Made by a program: the position numbers and the translations under genes. Positions 47,948 through 56,660 of a DNA stretch of 64,000 bases are shown here, piece after piece; the first letter of the stretch is position 1; each line of letters starts with the position of its first letter. A model generated the notes under the pieces. The model had not been told where the DNA came from, ran no database searches, and worked only from the letters and a program-made list of their open reading frames with translations. Origin of the DNA: Candidatus Latescibacterota bacterium (lineage in GTDB: Bacteria > Krumholzibacteriota > Krumholzibacteriia > LZORAL124-64-63); assembly GCA_030658975.1 (NCBI GenBank), contig JAUSBL010000052.1, positions 42,954 to 106,953 on the forward strand, read 5' to 3'.

Positions 47948-50900
47948 TCAGCGTTCCCGCCAGATGACGGTCGACGGCAAGGCCGTCAGGAGAATGTCGC
48001 CAGTGAATGTCGATCGCCGTCCATTCACTTCGACACCGGCGACCTCCCTCATCGGCGGCATCCGCAGCACGACCCCGCCCGCCGGCACCTTCAACCCGCC
48101 ACCGACGACCGCCGTCACCACCTCGCCGTCACGCCGCAGCGTGAAGTCGAGCGGTCCGTACTCGGTCGCCAGCCCCTTCACGCTCACGCCACCCTCCTGC
48201 AGCCACGCCGCCGGCACCCCCGCGCCGATCACCAGTGAGCCGTTCTCCTCATCGGCGTAAGCGAACATATCCAGAACCGACCGCACGAAGTCCGTGCCGA
48301 CCCAGGTGTGGGGCATGTCGCCGAGGTAGCGCGGCACGCGCTCCTCGCGGGCGACGACCTCTCCCCACTCGCGCCAGCCGGCCGGCCGGCGCAGCGACAG
48401 GAAATAGTCGACCAGCTCGTGCGCGCGGTCGCGCCAGCCCAGGCGCACGAAGGTGCCGATCGTGCGCGTCTCGTACGGCGTCATCGCGTCCCACTGGCCG
48501 CCGTCGCGGCGGTCGACGAAGAACTCCCAGTACTTCTCGAAGGTGCGCTCGATCGCGCCCGGGGGCGCCAGCGCGGCGCCGCCGGTCGGGGTCAGGGCGA
48601 TCGTCGTCGAGGTGGCGTCGAAGTCGCCCAGGTCGGCGCAGCCCGGCACGTAGTCGATGCCGTGCCTCGCCATGGCCGCGGCGATCGACGCGCGCAGGTC
48701 GGCGGCGAACTCGTCGTGGATCGCGGTCATCCGCGCCCGCTCGTCGTCCAGGTCCAGGTCGGCGGCCAGGGCCGCGGCGTCGCGGAAGCCGCGCAGGGCG
48801 AAGAAGTCGTCCCAGTAGGAGTGCATGGGCTTGGCGGAGTAGCCCTCGTGGCTGATCGAGGGCGGCAGCAGGCCGAAGAACTCGCGCTTGTCCGGTGTTC
48901 GCCACTCGGCGGTGCGGCGCTGCCGGCGCAGGCCGTCCAGGTAGTCGGCAGCGGCGGCGACGCGCGGCCACATCCGCTGCAGCAGTTCGCGGTCGCCGGT
49001 GTGGCGCCAGACCTCGGTGACCAGGAAGATGAACTGGCCGCTGCTGTCGTGCTCGGGCACCGGGTCGGCGCCGCGACGGTCCACGACGCAGGGGATCTTG
49101 CCGTCGGCGTACTGGTGCGACGCGTACCACTCCAGGAAGTCGACGGCCGGCGCGGTCAGGCCCATCTGCAGCAGGGCCCAGCCCGTCAGCGAGCCGTCGC
49201 GGATCCAGGAGCGGTTGTAGCTGCGCGTGCCGGGTTGGATGCCCGCGCCCGCGCGGTTGACCAGCACGTAGCCGAGCTGCGCGCGCATCGTTTCGAGGAC
49301 CTCGCGCGCCGCGGGCGGTCCGGCGATGACGGCGCCGTCGAGGCGCGCGTGCCAGTCGCGGCGGCCGGCCTCGTGAGCGGCGGCGGCGAAGCTCGTGGCC
49401 TCGCCGGCCGACAGCGGCGGCGGCGGCGGCGCGTCCGGATCGGGGTCGACGAGGAGCACGACCTCGGCCGAGTCGCCGGGCGCCAAATCGAAGGGCCACG
49501 ACAGCACGCCCGACGCGCCGCCGATGTCGCAGGTCACCGAGCGCGCCGCCGGCAGCCGGCCGTGGCGCAGGTGGTCGGCGACGACGTCGCCGCCGTGGAA
49601 GTTGACGGCGCCGAAGCGGCCGCCCGGCGTCAGCGCGATCGCCGCGGGCGCGCCGTCGAGGAACACCACGCCGCCCGACTGCGCCAGGGTGCGGATCGGC
49701 GCCGCGCCGCCCGGCCGGTTGAGCGTCTGCGAGGGCGGGTTGACCTGGAAGGGGCGGATCGCCAGGTCGAGATCGACCCGGCGCGGGACGGCCCCGCGGT
49801 TGAGCACGCGGTAGCGCGCGACGACGCCCCGCAGCCCGGGCTCTTCCGAGACGAAGGCCGCGACCGTCAGGTCCAGGTCGCCGGTGCGCCGGCGCACCGA
49901 AGGCATCGGCAGGAAACCGTCGACCAGCTCGTGCGAGGTCTCGGCGTCGGCCCAGGTCAGCAGGCGGCCGTCGGTGCGCAGGAAGGGCTCCACCGCGCCG
50001 CGGTAGGGGCCCGTCTCGAGTCCGCCGTCCTCGTCGAAGAGCACCTCGCGCGGGTCGGCGTCGCGGCCGACGACGGTCCAGTAGACCTGCTCGCCGGAGA
50101 TGCCGCGCGGGTAGCTGCCGCGGGGCGATTCGGCCGCGATCGCCGCGTGGAAGGCCTCGCGCGAACGCGACCACGCCAGGGGCATGACCCGGATCGCGGC
50201 GAGTTCGGGCGGGAACTTGGTGGACGAGCGCAGCAGCAGCACGCGCAGGCGGCGGGCTTCGCCCTCGGGCAGGTAGAGGTGGTCGCGCCCGCCGTCGCTG
50301 CCCGAGACGATCATCAGCTGGCGCCACGATTCTCCGTCGTCCGAAGCCTCGACGACGTAGTCGAGGGCGTGCCGGTCGGGCCGCCAGTCCAGCTGCAGGC
50401 CGCCGAACTCGCGCGAGCCGCCGAAGTCCAGGTCCAGGGCGGGACTGCGGTCCGTCAGGTCCGGGGTCCAGGACGTCGTCGCGTCGTCGTCCAGGGCGGC
50501 GGCCGCCTCGCCGGTGGTCGCCGTCGCGACGGGCGCCGCATCCACGGCGGTCGGCGGCGGCAGTTCCCGCAGCGTCAGGTCGTCGATCCAGACGCTGCCG
50601 AAGCCCCCCTCGGCCGCGGTCACGACGATTTCGACGGCCGAGATCCCGCGCAGCGGCGCGCCGCCGCCGGGCCCCCAGGCGAACTCGAGCTGGCGCTTCT
50701 TGATCGTGACGGTCCGCCACTGCGCCGGGAACTCGATCGCGCGCTCGACGCGCCACCAGACGTTCTCGCCGGTCTCGTCCACCAGCTTGAACTCCAGCGT
50801 GTTGACCGGGCACGCCCCGCGCAGACGGAACGAGAAGGCGTAGTTCTCCGGCAGCGCGACGTCCACCTCGCGCCGCGCGATGGCGTAACCGCCCCCCGTG

Positions 50901-51121
50901 AACCCGAAATCCAGCCGCAGCGCCCCGTCGTCGTCCGCGAGCGCCATCGTCACGCCGTCGGCCGGCAGCGCGCTCCAGTCCTTCGAGGTCCCGTCGGAGA
51001 TCACCAGCGGCGCCCCGGCCGGCGTGATCGGATCGCTGTTCGCCGCGGGACCGCGGCATCCCCCGGCGAAGACGAGCCCGCAGACCATTATCCCGGCCGT
51101 CAATAGCTTCGCGATGACCAT
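47948..51121 (-). CDS. Lipoprotein with discoidin/F5-8-type-C-like domains and C-terminal (alpha/alpha)6 six-hairpin glycoside-hydrolase-like domain
   Basis: Lipobox LVFAGGC. ...DDDATTSWTP... discoidin-like. SYNRSWIRDGSLTGWALLQMG resembles the W-x-RD-S-[AG]-L motif of GH15/GH63-type six-hairpin enzymes. Last gene of ABC-transporter operon (ATG 51121, 1 nt after permease stop). Confidence 0.65.
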   Translation of the reverse strand: MVIAKLLTAGIMVCGLVFAGGCRGPAANSDPITPAGAPLVISDGTSKDWSALPADGVTMALADDDGALRLDFGFTGGGYAIARREVDVALPENYAFSFRLRGACPVNTLEFKLVDETGENVWWRVERAIEFPAQWRTVTIKKRQLEFAWGPGGGAPLRGISAVEIVVTAAEGGFGSVWIDDLTLRELPPPTAVDAAPVATATTGEAAAALDDDATTSWTPDLTDRSPALDLDFGGSREFGGLQLDWRPDRHALDYVVEASDDGESWRQLMIVSGSDGGRDHLYLPEGEARRLRVLLLRSSTKFPPELAAIRVMPLAWSRSREAFHAAIAAESPRGSYPRGISGEQVYWTVVGRDADPREVLFDEDGGLETGPYRGAVEPFLRTDGRLLTWADAETSHELVDGFLPMPSVRRRTGDLDLTVAAFVSEEPGLRGVVARYRVLNRGAVPRRVDLDLAIRPFQVNPPSQTLNRPGGAAPIRTLAQSGGVVFLDGAPAAIALTPGGRFGAVNFHGGDVVADHLRHGRLPAARSVTCDIGGASGVLSWPFDLAPGDSAEVVLLVDPDPDAPPPPPLSAGEATSFAAAAHEAGRRDWHARLDGAVIAGPPAAREVLETMRAQLGYVLVNRAGAGIQPGTRSYNRSWIRDGSLTGWALLQMGLTAPAVDFLEWYASHQYADGKIPCVVDRRGADPVPEHDSSGQFIFLVTEVWRHTGDRELLQRMWPRVAAAADYLDGLRRQRRTAEWRTPDKREFFGLLPPSISHEGYSAKPMHSYWDDFFALRGFRDAAALAADLDLDDERARMTAIHDEFAADLRASIAAAMARHGIDYVPGCADLGDFDATSTTIALTPTGGAALAPPGAIERTFEKYWEFFVDRRDGGQWDAMTPYETRTIGTFVRLGWRDRAHELVDYFLSLRRPAGWREWGEVVAREERVPRYLGDMPHTWVGTDFVRSVLDMFAYADEENGSLVIGAGVPAAWLQEGGVSVKGLATEYGPLDFTLRRDGEVVTAVVGGGLKVPAGGVVLRMPPMREVAGVEVNGRRSTFTGDILLTALPSTVIWRER

Positions 51122-51122
51122 G

Positions 51123-51947
51123 CTATCCCTTTACGCTGCCTGCGGTAATGCCACGAACGAAGAATCGCTGAAAGATCAGGAACACCACCAGCGCCGGCAG
51201 GATCGTGATCATCGACCCGGCCATCATCAGCTCGGTGTCCTGGACGTGCTCGCCGACCAGGCTGGCCAACGCCACGGGCAGCGTCGCCATGTGCCCGTCG
51301 CTGAGCACGATCAGCGGCCACATGAAGTCGTTCCAGGCGCTCAGGAAGGTGAAGGCCGCCAGCGTCGCCAGGATGGGCCGGATGACCGGCAGCACGATGA
51401 CCGCGAAGATGCGGAACTCGCCGGCGCCGTCCACGCGGGCGGCGTCGAGCAGGTCGTCCGAGACGCCCAGCGCGTACTGCCGCACCAGGAAGATGCCGAA
51501 GATGCTGGCCATGTAGGGGACCAGCACGCCGGCGTAGGTGTTGACCAGGCCCAGCTCGCGCAGCAGCAGGAACAGCGGCAGCATGCCCACCTGCGCGGGC
51601 ACCACCAGAGCCGACGCCAGCCGCCTGAACAGGCGGTCGCGCCCGGGGAAGGGCAGCTTGGCGAAGGCGTAGCCGGCCATGGCGTTGATGAAGACCGACA
51701 GGACCGTCGCCAGCACGGTGATCACCGCGCTGTTGAGGAAGGCCCGCGCCATGTCCAGGCGCGTGAACAGGGTCACGAAGTTCTGGAGCGTGGGATCGCG
51801 CGGCAGCAGGTGCGGCGGCAGCGCGTTGGCCTCGCCGGGCTGCATGAAGGCGGCCGCCGCCATCCAGCCCAGCGGCATCAGGCTGATCAGCGCCGTGCTG
51901 ACCAGGGCCGCGTGCAGCACCAGCGACTGCAGGCCGGGGCGCCTCAC
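51123..51947 (-). CDS. ABC sugar transporter permease (MalG/CUT1 family)
   Basis: Extracted from artefact. GTG 51947 overlapping upstream stop (GTGA). EAA-loop DAARVDGAGEFRIFAVIVLP. 6 TM. Confidence 0.8.
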   Translation of the reverse strand: MRRPGLQSLVLHAALVSTALISLMPLGWMAAAAFMQPGEANALPPHLLPRDPTLQNFVTLFTRLDMARAFLNSAVITVLATVLSVFINAMAGYAFAKLPFPGRDRLFRRLASALVVPAQVGMLPLFLLLRELGLVNTYAGVLVPYMASIFGIFLVRQYALGVSDDLLDAARVDGAGEFRIFAVIVLPVIRPILATLAAFTFLSAWNDFMWPLIVLSDGHMATLPVALASLVGEHVQDTELMMAGSMITILPALVVFLIFQRFFVRGITAGSVKG

Positions 51948-52852
51948 GTCCGATCCTTCTGCAGGCGGAACTGCAGCAGCGCGCCCGCCAGGGTGATCAG
52001 CAGCAGCACGACGGCCGTCGCGGACGCCGTCCCGATGCGCCACCAGCGGAAGCCCTCCTCGTACATGAACAGCACCACGCTGCGCGTGCTGCCCAGCGGG
52101 CCGCCCTGGGTCATCACGTAGGGCTCGGCGAAGACCTGGAAGTAGCCGATCATCGTGGTGACGCCGACGAACAGGAAGGTGGGCGCCAGACCCGGCAGCG
52201 TGATGTGGCGGAAGCGCTGCAGGCCGCTGGCGCCGTCGATGGCGGCGGCCTCGTAGAGCTCCGCGGGCACGGCCTGCAGGCCGGCCACGAAGATCAGCAT
52301 GTTGTAGCCGAAGTTCTTCCACACCGCGACCAGCACGATGGCGGGCATGGCCCAGTGCGGGTCGCCGAGCCAGTCGATCGGCCCCAGGCCGACCAGGCCC
52401 AGGATGTGGTTCAGCAGGCCGTAGCGCGGGTGGTAGAGGTAGCGCCAGATGATCGCCACCGAGACCAGCGTGGTCACCACCGGCGCGAAGTAGATGGTGC
52501 GGAACAGCGGGCGCAGGCGCGTCAGCTTGGCGTCGACCAGCATCGCCGCGCCCAGCGACACGGCCACCGACAGCGGGCCGCCCAGCGCGACGAAGAACAG
52601 GGTGTTGCCCAGCGACCGCCAGAAGACGTCGTTCGTGAGCAGGCGCGCGTAGTTCTCCAGGCCGACGAAGCGGGCGTTGCCCGGCGAGCCGATGGCGTAG
52701 ATGTCGAAGTCGGTCAGCCCGAGCAGCAGCCCGGCGATCACCGGCAGGAAGAAGAAGACCAGCAGCAGCAGCAGCGCCGGCGCCAGGAACCACAGCGCGG
52801 CCCGCAGCTGGCGCTTCTCGAGGGGCGATCTCTTCGTGAGCGGCGAACTCAT
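51944..52852 (-). CDS. ABC sugar transporter permease (MalF/CUT1 family)
   Basis: ATG 52852 overlapping SBP stop (ATGA). EAAAIDGASGLQRFRHITLP EAA motif. 6 TM. 302 aa. Confidence 0.8.
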   Translation of the reverse strand: MSSPLTKRSPLEKRQLRAALWFLAPALLLLLVFFFLPVIAGLLLGLTDFDIYAIGSPGNARFVGLENYARLLTNDVFWRSLGNTLFFVALGGPLSVAVSLGAAMLVDAKLTRLRPLFRTIYFAPVVTTLVSVAIIWRYLYHPRYGLLNHILGLVGLGPIDWLGDPHWAMPAIVLVAVWKNFGYNMLIFVAGLQAVPAELYEAAAIDGASGLQRFRHITLPGLAPTFLFVGVTTMIGYFQVFAEPYVMTQGGPLGSTRSVVLFMYEEGFRWWRIGTASATAVVLLLITLAGALLQFRLQKDRT

Positions 52853-54120
52853 GGGTGCCGCTCCCTCTGCGCCAGCCAGCGCCGCTTCTCCAGCATGCGC
52901 GCCACGTCGCGGTCGAGGGCCTCCAGGGCTTCCTGCGGCGCGGCCGCGTCGCGCACCGCCGTCTCCCCGCGCTCGTAGACGCGCGTGGCGATCTGCTCCC
53001 ACTCCGGCAGCTTGGGCGTCGACACCACGTGTTCGAGCTGCGTCCGGAAGGCGCGGGCGCGGGGATCGGTCGCGATGCCCGCCATCTCCCAGGCCTGCTT
53101 GTGGGCGGGCAGGTCGCCGGTCAGCTCGTAGAAGCGGGCCTGCTGCTGCGGGCGCGACAGGAATTCGATGAGCTCCCAGGCGGCGTCGGCGTGTGGTGAG
53201 CTCTTGAAGATCACGAGGCTCGAGCCGCCGGCCAGCGAGACGCCGGGGACGCCGGGCTCGGGGCCCGGCAACGGCGCCGTCGCCCACGCGTCCTGCAGCT
53301 CGTCGGGCAGGCGCCGCTGGAACTCGCCCAGGTTCCAGGGGCCGGTGATGTACATGACGAAGGTGCCGCGGGCGAACTCCTGGTAGAGGTTCGCGATCTC
53401 GTTGTTGGAGACCGGCGGCGCCAGGCCGTCGCGGAACAGGCTCAGGTAGAAGTCGAAGGCGCGGCGGAACTCGGGTCCGGCGAAAACGCCGTAGCCGCGC
53501 TCGACGTCCACCAGCGGGGAGCCGGCCTGCAGCCCGAGGATCACCGTCGGCGGCCACTCGTTCAGCGGCAGCAGGATCCCGTAGCGGCGCACGCCGCCGG
53601 CGGCGGCGACCACGTCGCGCATCGCGGCGCGCCACTCTTCCCAGTCGGCCGGAGGTTCGGGGTGACCGGCTTCGGCCAGCAGGTCGCTGCGGTAGAACAG
53701 CACGCGCGTGTCCACGTACCAGGGCACGCCGTAGAGCCGGCCCTCGAGCACGTTCGTGTCCCAGATCCCGGGGAAGTGGTCGGCCTCGTCGACGACCCCG
53801 CCGGCGGCGATGCGCGCGTCCAGCGGCTCGATCGCGTCCAGCGCGACGAACTCCGACAGCCAGGTGTTGCCCAGCTGGGCGATGTCGGGCGTGGCCTCCC
53901 CGACGTGGGCCGTCAGCAGCTTCTCGTGGGCGGCGGTCCAGGGGATCTGCTGGACCTCGACGCGCACGCCGGGATTCTCGCGCTCGAACTCGGGCATCAG
54001 CTCGCGCACGACCTCGCCCTCGCGGCCCATGGCCCAGAAGCGCAGCGTGGTGCGGCCGTCGTCGTCGCCGCAGCCGCAGCAGAGCGCCAGCAGGACGGCG
54101 ATGCCGGCGGCTCGGCTCAC
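52849..54120 (-). CDS. ABC transporter extracellular solute-binding lipoprotein (family 1, sugar)
   Basis: Extracted from 846-aa artefact. GTG 54120 overlapping upstream stop (GTGA). Lipobox LLALCCGCG. 423 aa, SBP_bac_1-like. Confidence 0.8.
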   Translation of the reverse strand: MSRAAGIAVLLALCCGCGDDDGRTTLRFWAMGREGEVVRELMPEFERENPGVRVEVQQIPWTAAHEKLLTAHVGEATPDIAQLGNTWLSEFVALDAIEPLDARIAAGGVVDEADHFPGIWDTNVLEGRLYGVPWYVDTRVLFYRSDLLAEAGHPEPPADWEEWRAAMRDVVAAAGGVRRYGILLPLNEWPPTVILGLQAGSPLVDVERGYGVFAGPEFRRAFDFYLSLFRDGLAPPVSNNEIANLYQEFARGTFVMYITGPWNLGEFQRRLPDELQDAWATAPLPGPEPGVPGVSLAGGSSLVIFKSSPHADAAWELIEFLSRPQQQARFYELTGDLPAHKQAWEMAGIATDPRARAFRTQLEHVVSTPKLPEWEQIATRVYERGETAVRDAAAPQEALEALDRDVARMLEKRRWLAQRERHP

Positions 54121-55616
54121 GAATCGCCCTGCGCCGCGTCGAGCCAGCCGCCGGTGAATCCCGCCGCCCGCAGGCCGCGCACGATGTGCGGGTTGCCGCG
54201 CAGGCAGCGCCAGACCAGGCCGCTGCGGTGGTTCTCGATCATCAGCAGGATCGGACCCTGGTCGATGCCGAGGTAGTCGGTGTCGTACCAGCCCCGTCCG
54301 GGCACGACGCGCCCGTGCTGCACGGGGACCGCCAGGTCGAAGGTGGGGTTCAGCGCGTCGAGGAACCCGTACGGCCCGAACAGCAGGTCGCCGTGGTCGG
54401 CGCGCATCGCCAGCAGCGTCGGCAGGACGAGTTCCGGGGCGAAGGGCAGGGACGAGGCCGCGGCCGAGGGGCAGACCGTGCCGTCGTCGTTCGCGTCGGT
54501 GAACGAGGCGCCGCGCGCCCAGTAGGTCTCGAAGTGCCGCGTCCGGCCGTCGATGACGAACTGCCCATGGACCGGGCCGTCGCAGGCGGTCAGACCCCAG
54601 AGGCGCTCGCCGTAGCCGCGCCAGTCGCCGGGGTTGTCCAGCGCATAGGCGTACTGCGACCGCGTCGCCCGGCGCGAGTTCTCGAAGTAGTCGAGCCCGC
54701 GTTCCTGCATGTAAGCGTCCCGGATCCCGCGCAGGTCGATCCAGCAGTGGGTGTACTGGTGCCCGAAGAGCGGACCGAAGCCCAGCTGCTCCTCGCCCTG
54801 GAACTCGCCCCAGCGGTAGCCGGCGGTCCAGGCGGACCAGGCTTCGGGGTCGACCGGATACGTCGGCGAGCCGAGGGCCAGCAGGTAGAGGATCATGCCC
54901 TCGCTGTAGCCGCGCCAGTCGTACGGCAGGTGGCCGCTCTCGGGCGTCCAGCCGTGGCCGATGGTGGGCGGCCGGACCTGGGCCCACTGCCAGTCGACCC
55001 GGAAGTAGAGGGAGTCGGCCAGGGCCCGGATCTGCGCTTCGTCTTCGTCGGCGCGGTCGAAGTAGGACTGGCAGCACAGGGCGCCGGCCAGCAGCAGGGC
55101 AGTGTCCACGGTGGACAGTTCGACGTCGGCGAAGCGGGTCCCGGTGTCGGGATCCAGGAAGTGGTAGAAGAAACCGCGGTAGCCGGCCGCTCCGCTGGCT
55201 GTGGTGTCCTGGGGGGCGGTCCACAGGAAGCGCAGGGTGGTCAGGACGCGGTCGGCGGCCGCGGCGCGCGTGACGTAGCCGCGTTCGGCCCCGATGGGGT
55301 AAGCCGTTAAAGCAAAACCTGTTGCTGCAGAACTGGCGAAGGAGCGCGTCGGGGCGCGGTCCGGGGCGAGACCCGTTTGGGGGTTGCACAGGTCCCAGAA
55401 ATATTGGAAAGTCCGCTCTTGCAGAGTGTCGATGAAAGCGGTTTCATGGGCTGGCCCAAAAGAAACCGACTCTTCGATTTCGGCGCGGCGCTCCTGGATC
55501 CCGGCACGGTGCTGGCAGCCGGCGACGAGCCCGCAGATCAGGACGGCGCCCGCGGCCGTCAGCAGACCGCGGCGGCCGGGGCCGGCGGCGCGGAGATCGT
55601 GGCGCGACGTTTCCAT
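54117..55616 (-). CDS. GH144/DUF3131-like six-hairpin glycoside hydrolase lipoprotein (putative endo-beta-1,2-glucanase), paralog of 28436..30059
   Basis: METSRH... lipobox LICGLVAGC. GFFYHFLD, VELSTVDTALLLAGAL, FGHQYTHCWIDLRGIRDAYM blocks shared with the T9SS-linked paralog. Confidence 0.7.
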   Translation of the reverse strand: METSRHDLRAAGPGRRGLLTAAGAVLICGLVAGCQHRAGIQERRAEIEESVSFGPAHETAFIDTLQERTFQYFWDLCNPQTGLAPDRAPTRSFASSAATGFALTAYPIGAERGYVTRAAAADRVLTTLRFLWTAPQDTTASGAAGYRGFFYHFLDPDTGTRFADVELSTVDTALLLAGALCCQSYFDRADEDEAQIRALADSLYFRVDWQWAQVRPPTIGHGWTPESGHLPYDWRGYSEGMILYLLALGSPTYPVDPEAWSAWTAGYRWGEFQGEEQLGFGPLFGHQYTHCWIDLRGIRDAYMQERGLDYFENSRRATRSQYAYALDNPGDWRGYGERLWGLTACDGPVHGQFVIDGRTRHFETYWARGASFTDANDDGTVCPSAAASSLPFAPELVLPTLLAMRADHGDLLFGPYGFLDALNPTFDLAVPVQHGRVVPGRGWYDTDYLGIDQGPILLMIENHRSGLVWRCLRGNPHIVRGLRAAGFTGGWLDAAQGDS

Positions 55617-55707
55617 GGTCCAGCTCCTGGCCCGGAGGATCGGTGCGGGGGCCGTCGGGCCGAGACTACAGGCCGCCGGGGGGCCTGCGCAACCGAAAAC
55701 GAGGCGC

Positions 55708-56638
55708 CATGGCGTCCCGCCGCAGAACCTGGTTCCTCATCCGGCTGGCGATCTACATCGCGGTCGTCGCGACGCTCGCCCTGGTGCGGGACGGCGTGGG
55801 CTGGCGGCGCATCGCCGGTGCGCTGAGCACCGACCACGGCCATCCCGCGCTCGTCATCGCGGGCCGCGATCTCGCGCCGGATCTCGTGGACGCCCTGGTT
55901 TCAAAGTACCGGCTGGACTATCCTGACCTGGAGGTGACGGTCCGCGGCGGCGGCACCAACCAGGCGCTCCAGGACCTGATCAACGGCCGCGCCGACGTGG
56001 CCCTGCTCTACCGGATGCCGGGCGACGACGAGCGGCGGCTGTTCCGGGCCGCCGACGGCGATACGGCCATCGTGGTGCCGGTGGCCCTGGGCGGGATCGC
56101 ATTGCTGGCGCCCCTGACCGGCGACACGGCCGCGCTCGCGCTGCCGGAACTGGACGCCTTCCTGGCGGGAAGACCGTCGACGCTGCGGCCGCCTCTGTAC
56201 GCCACCGACCCCAACGACGGCCTCTGGCAGGCCTTCCGCGGCGATCCACAACCCGCGGCGACGGCGCGCGTCGTCCTGCTCGCCGACGCGGGCGCCGTCC
56301 TGGCCGCCGCGCGCGACGGGGGCGGCTCCTTGGGTCTGGCTTCGACGCTGACCCTGCCGGCCGAACTGGCCGCGGCCGGCGTCCGCACGGTGTCCGTGGC
56401 CGCGCACGCGGATTCCGCGCACGCGGCGCCGACCCTCGAGAATCTCGCCGCGGGCCGCTACCCCCTGCGGCACCGGCTGTACGCGGCCTGCCGGGCGACG
56501 GGCGGCATCGAGGCTGCGAAGTTCCTGACCCACCTCGCCGGGGGCCGGGGGCAGCGCCAGGTCGAAAGGGCGGGATACCTGCCCGACAGTCGCGTGTTGA
56601 GGGACATCATCCTGACCCGGCATCCGGTCGGCGATTGA
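55708..56638 (+). CDS. PstS-like (PBP-like 2) substrate-binding protein associated with TonB cluster
   Basis: N-terminal TM/signal, VRGGGTNQALQDLINGRADVALLYRMP resembles the phosphate-binding-protein family GSGTG...G.vDi motif. Start trimmed to ATG 55708. Confidence 0.55.
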
Positions 56639-56660
56639 CCCCCGCGCCCAAGGAGAATGT

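Noticed and set aside
51123-55389. 556-, 563- and 846-aa track ORFs in the ABC operon
   Set aside because: Over-extended. Trimmed to MalG-like (51123..51947), MalF-like (51944..52852) and SBP (52849..54120) using lipobox/EAA motifs and stop-start overlaps.
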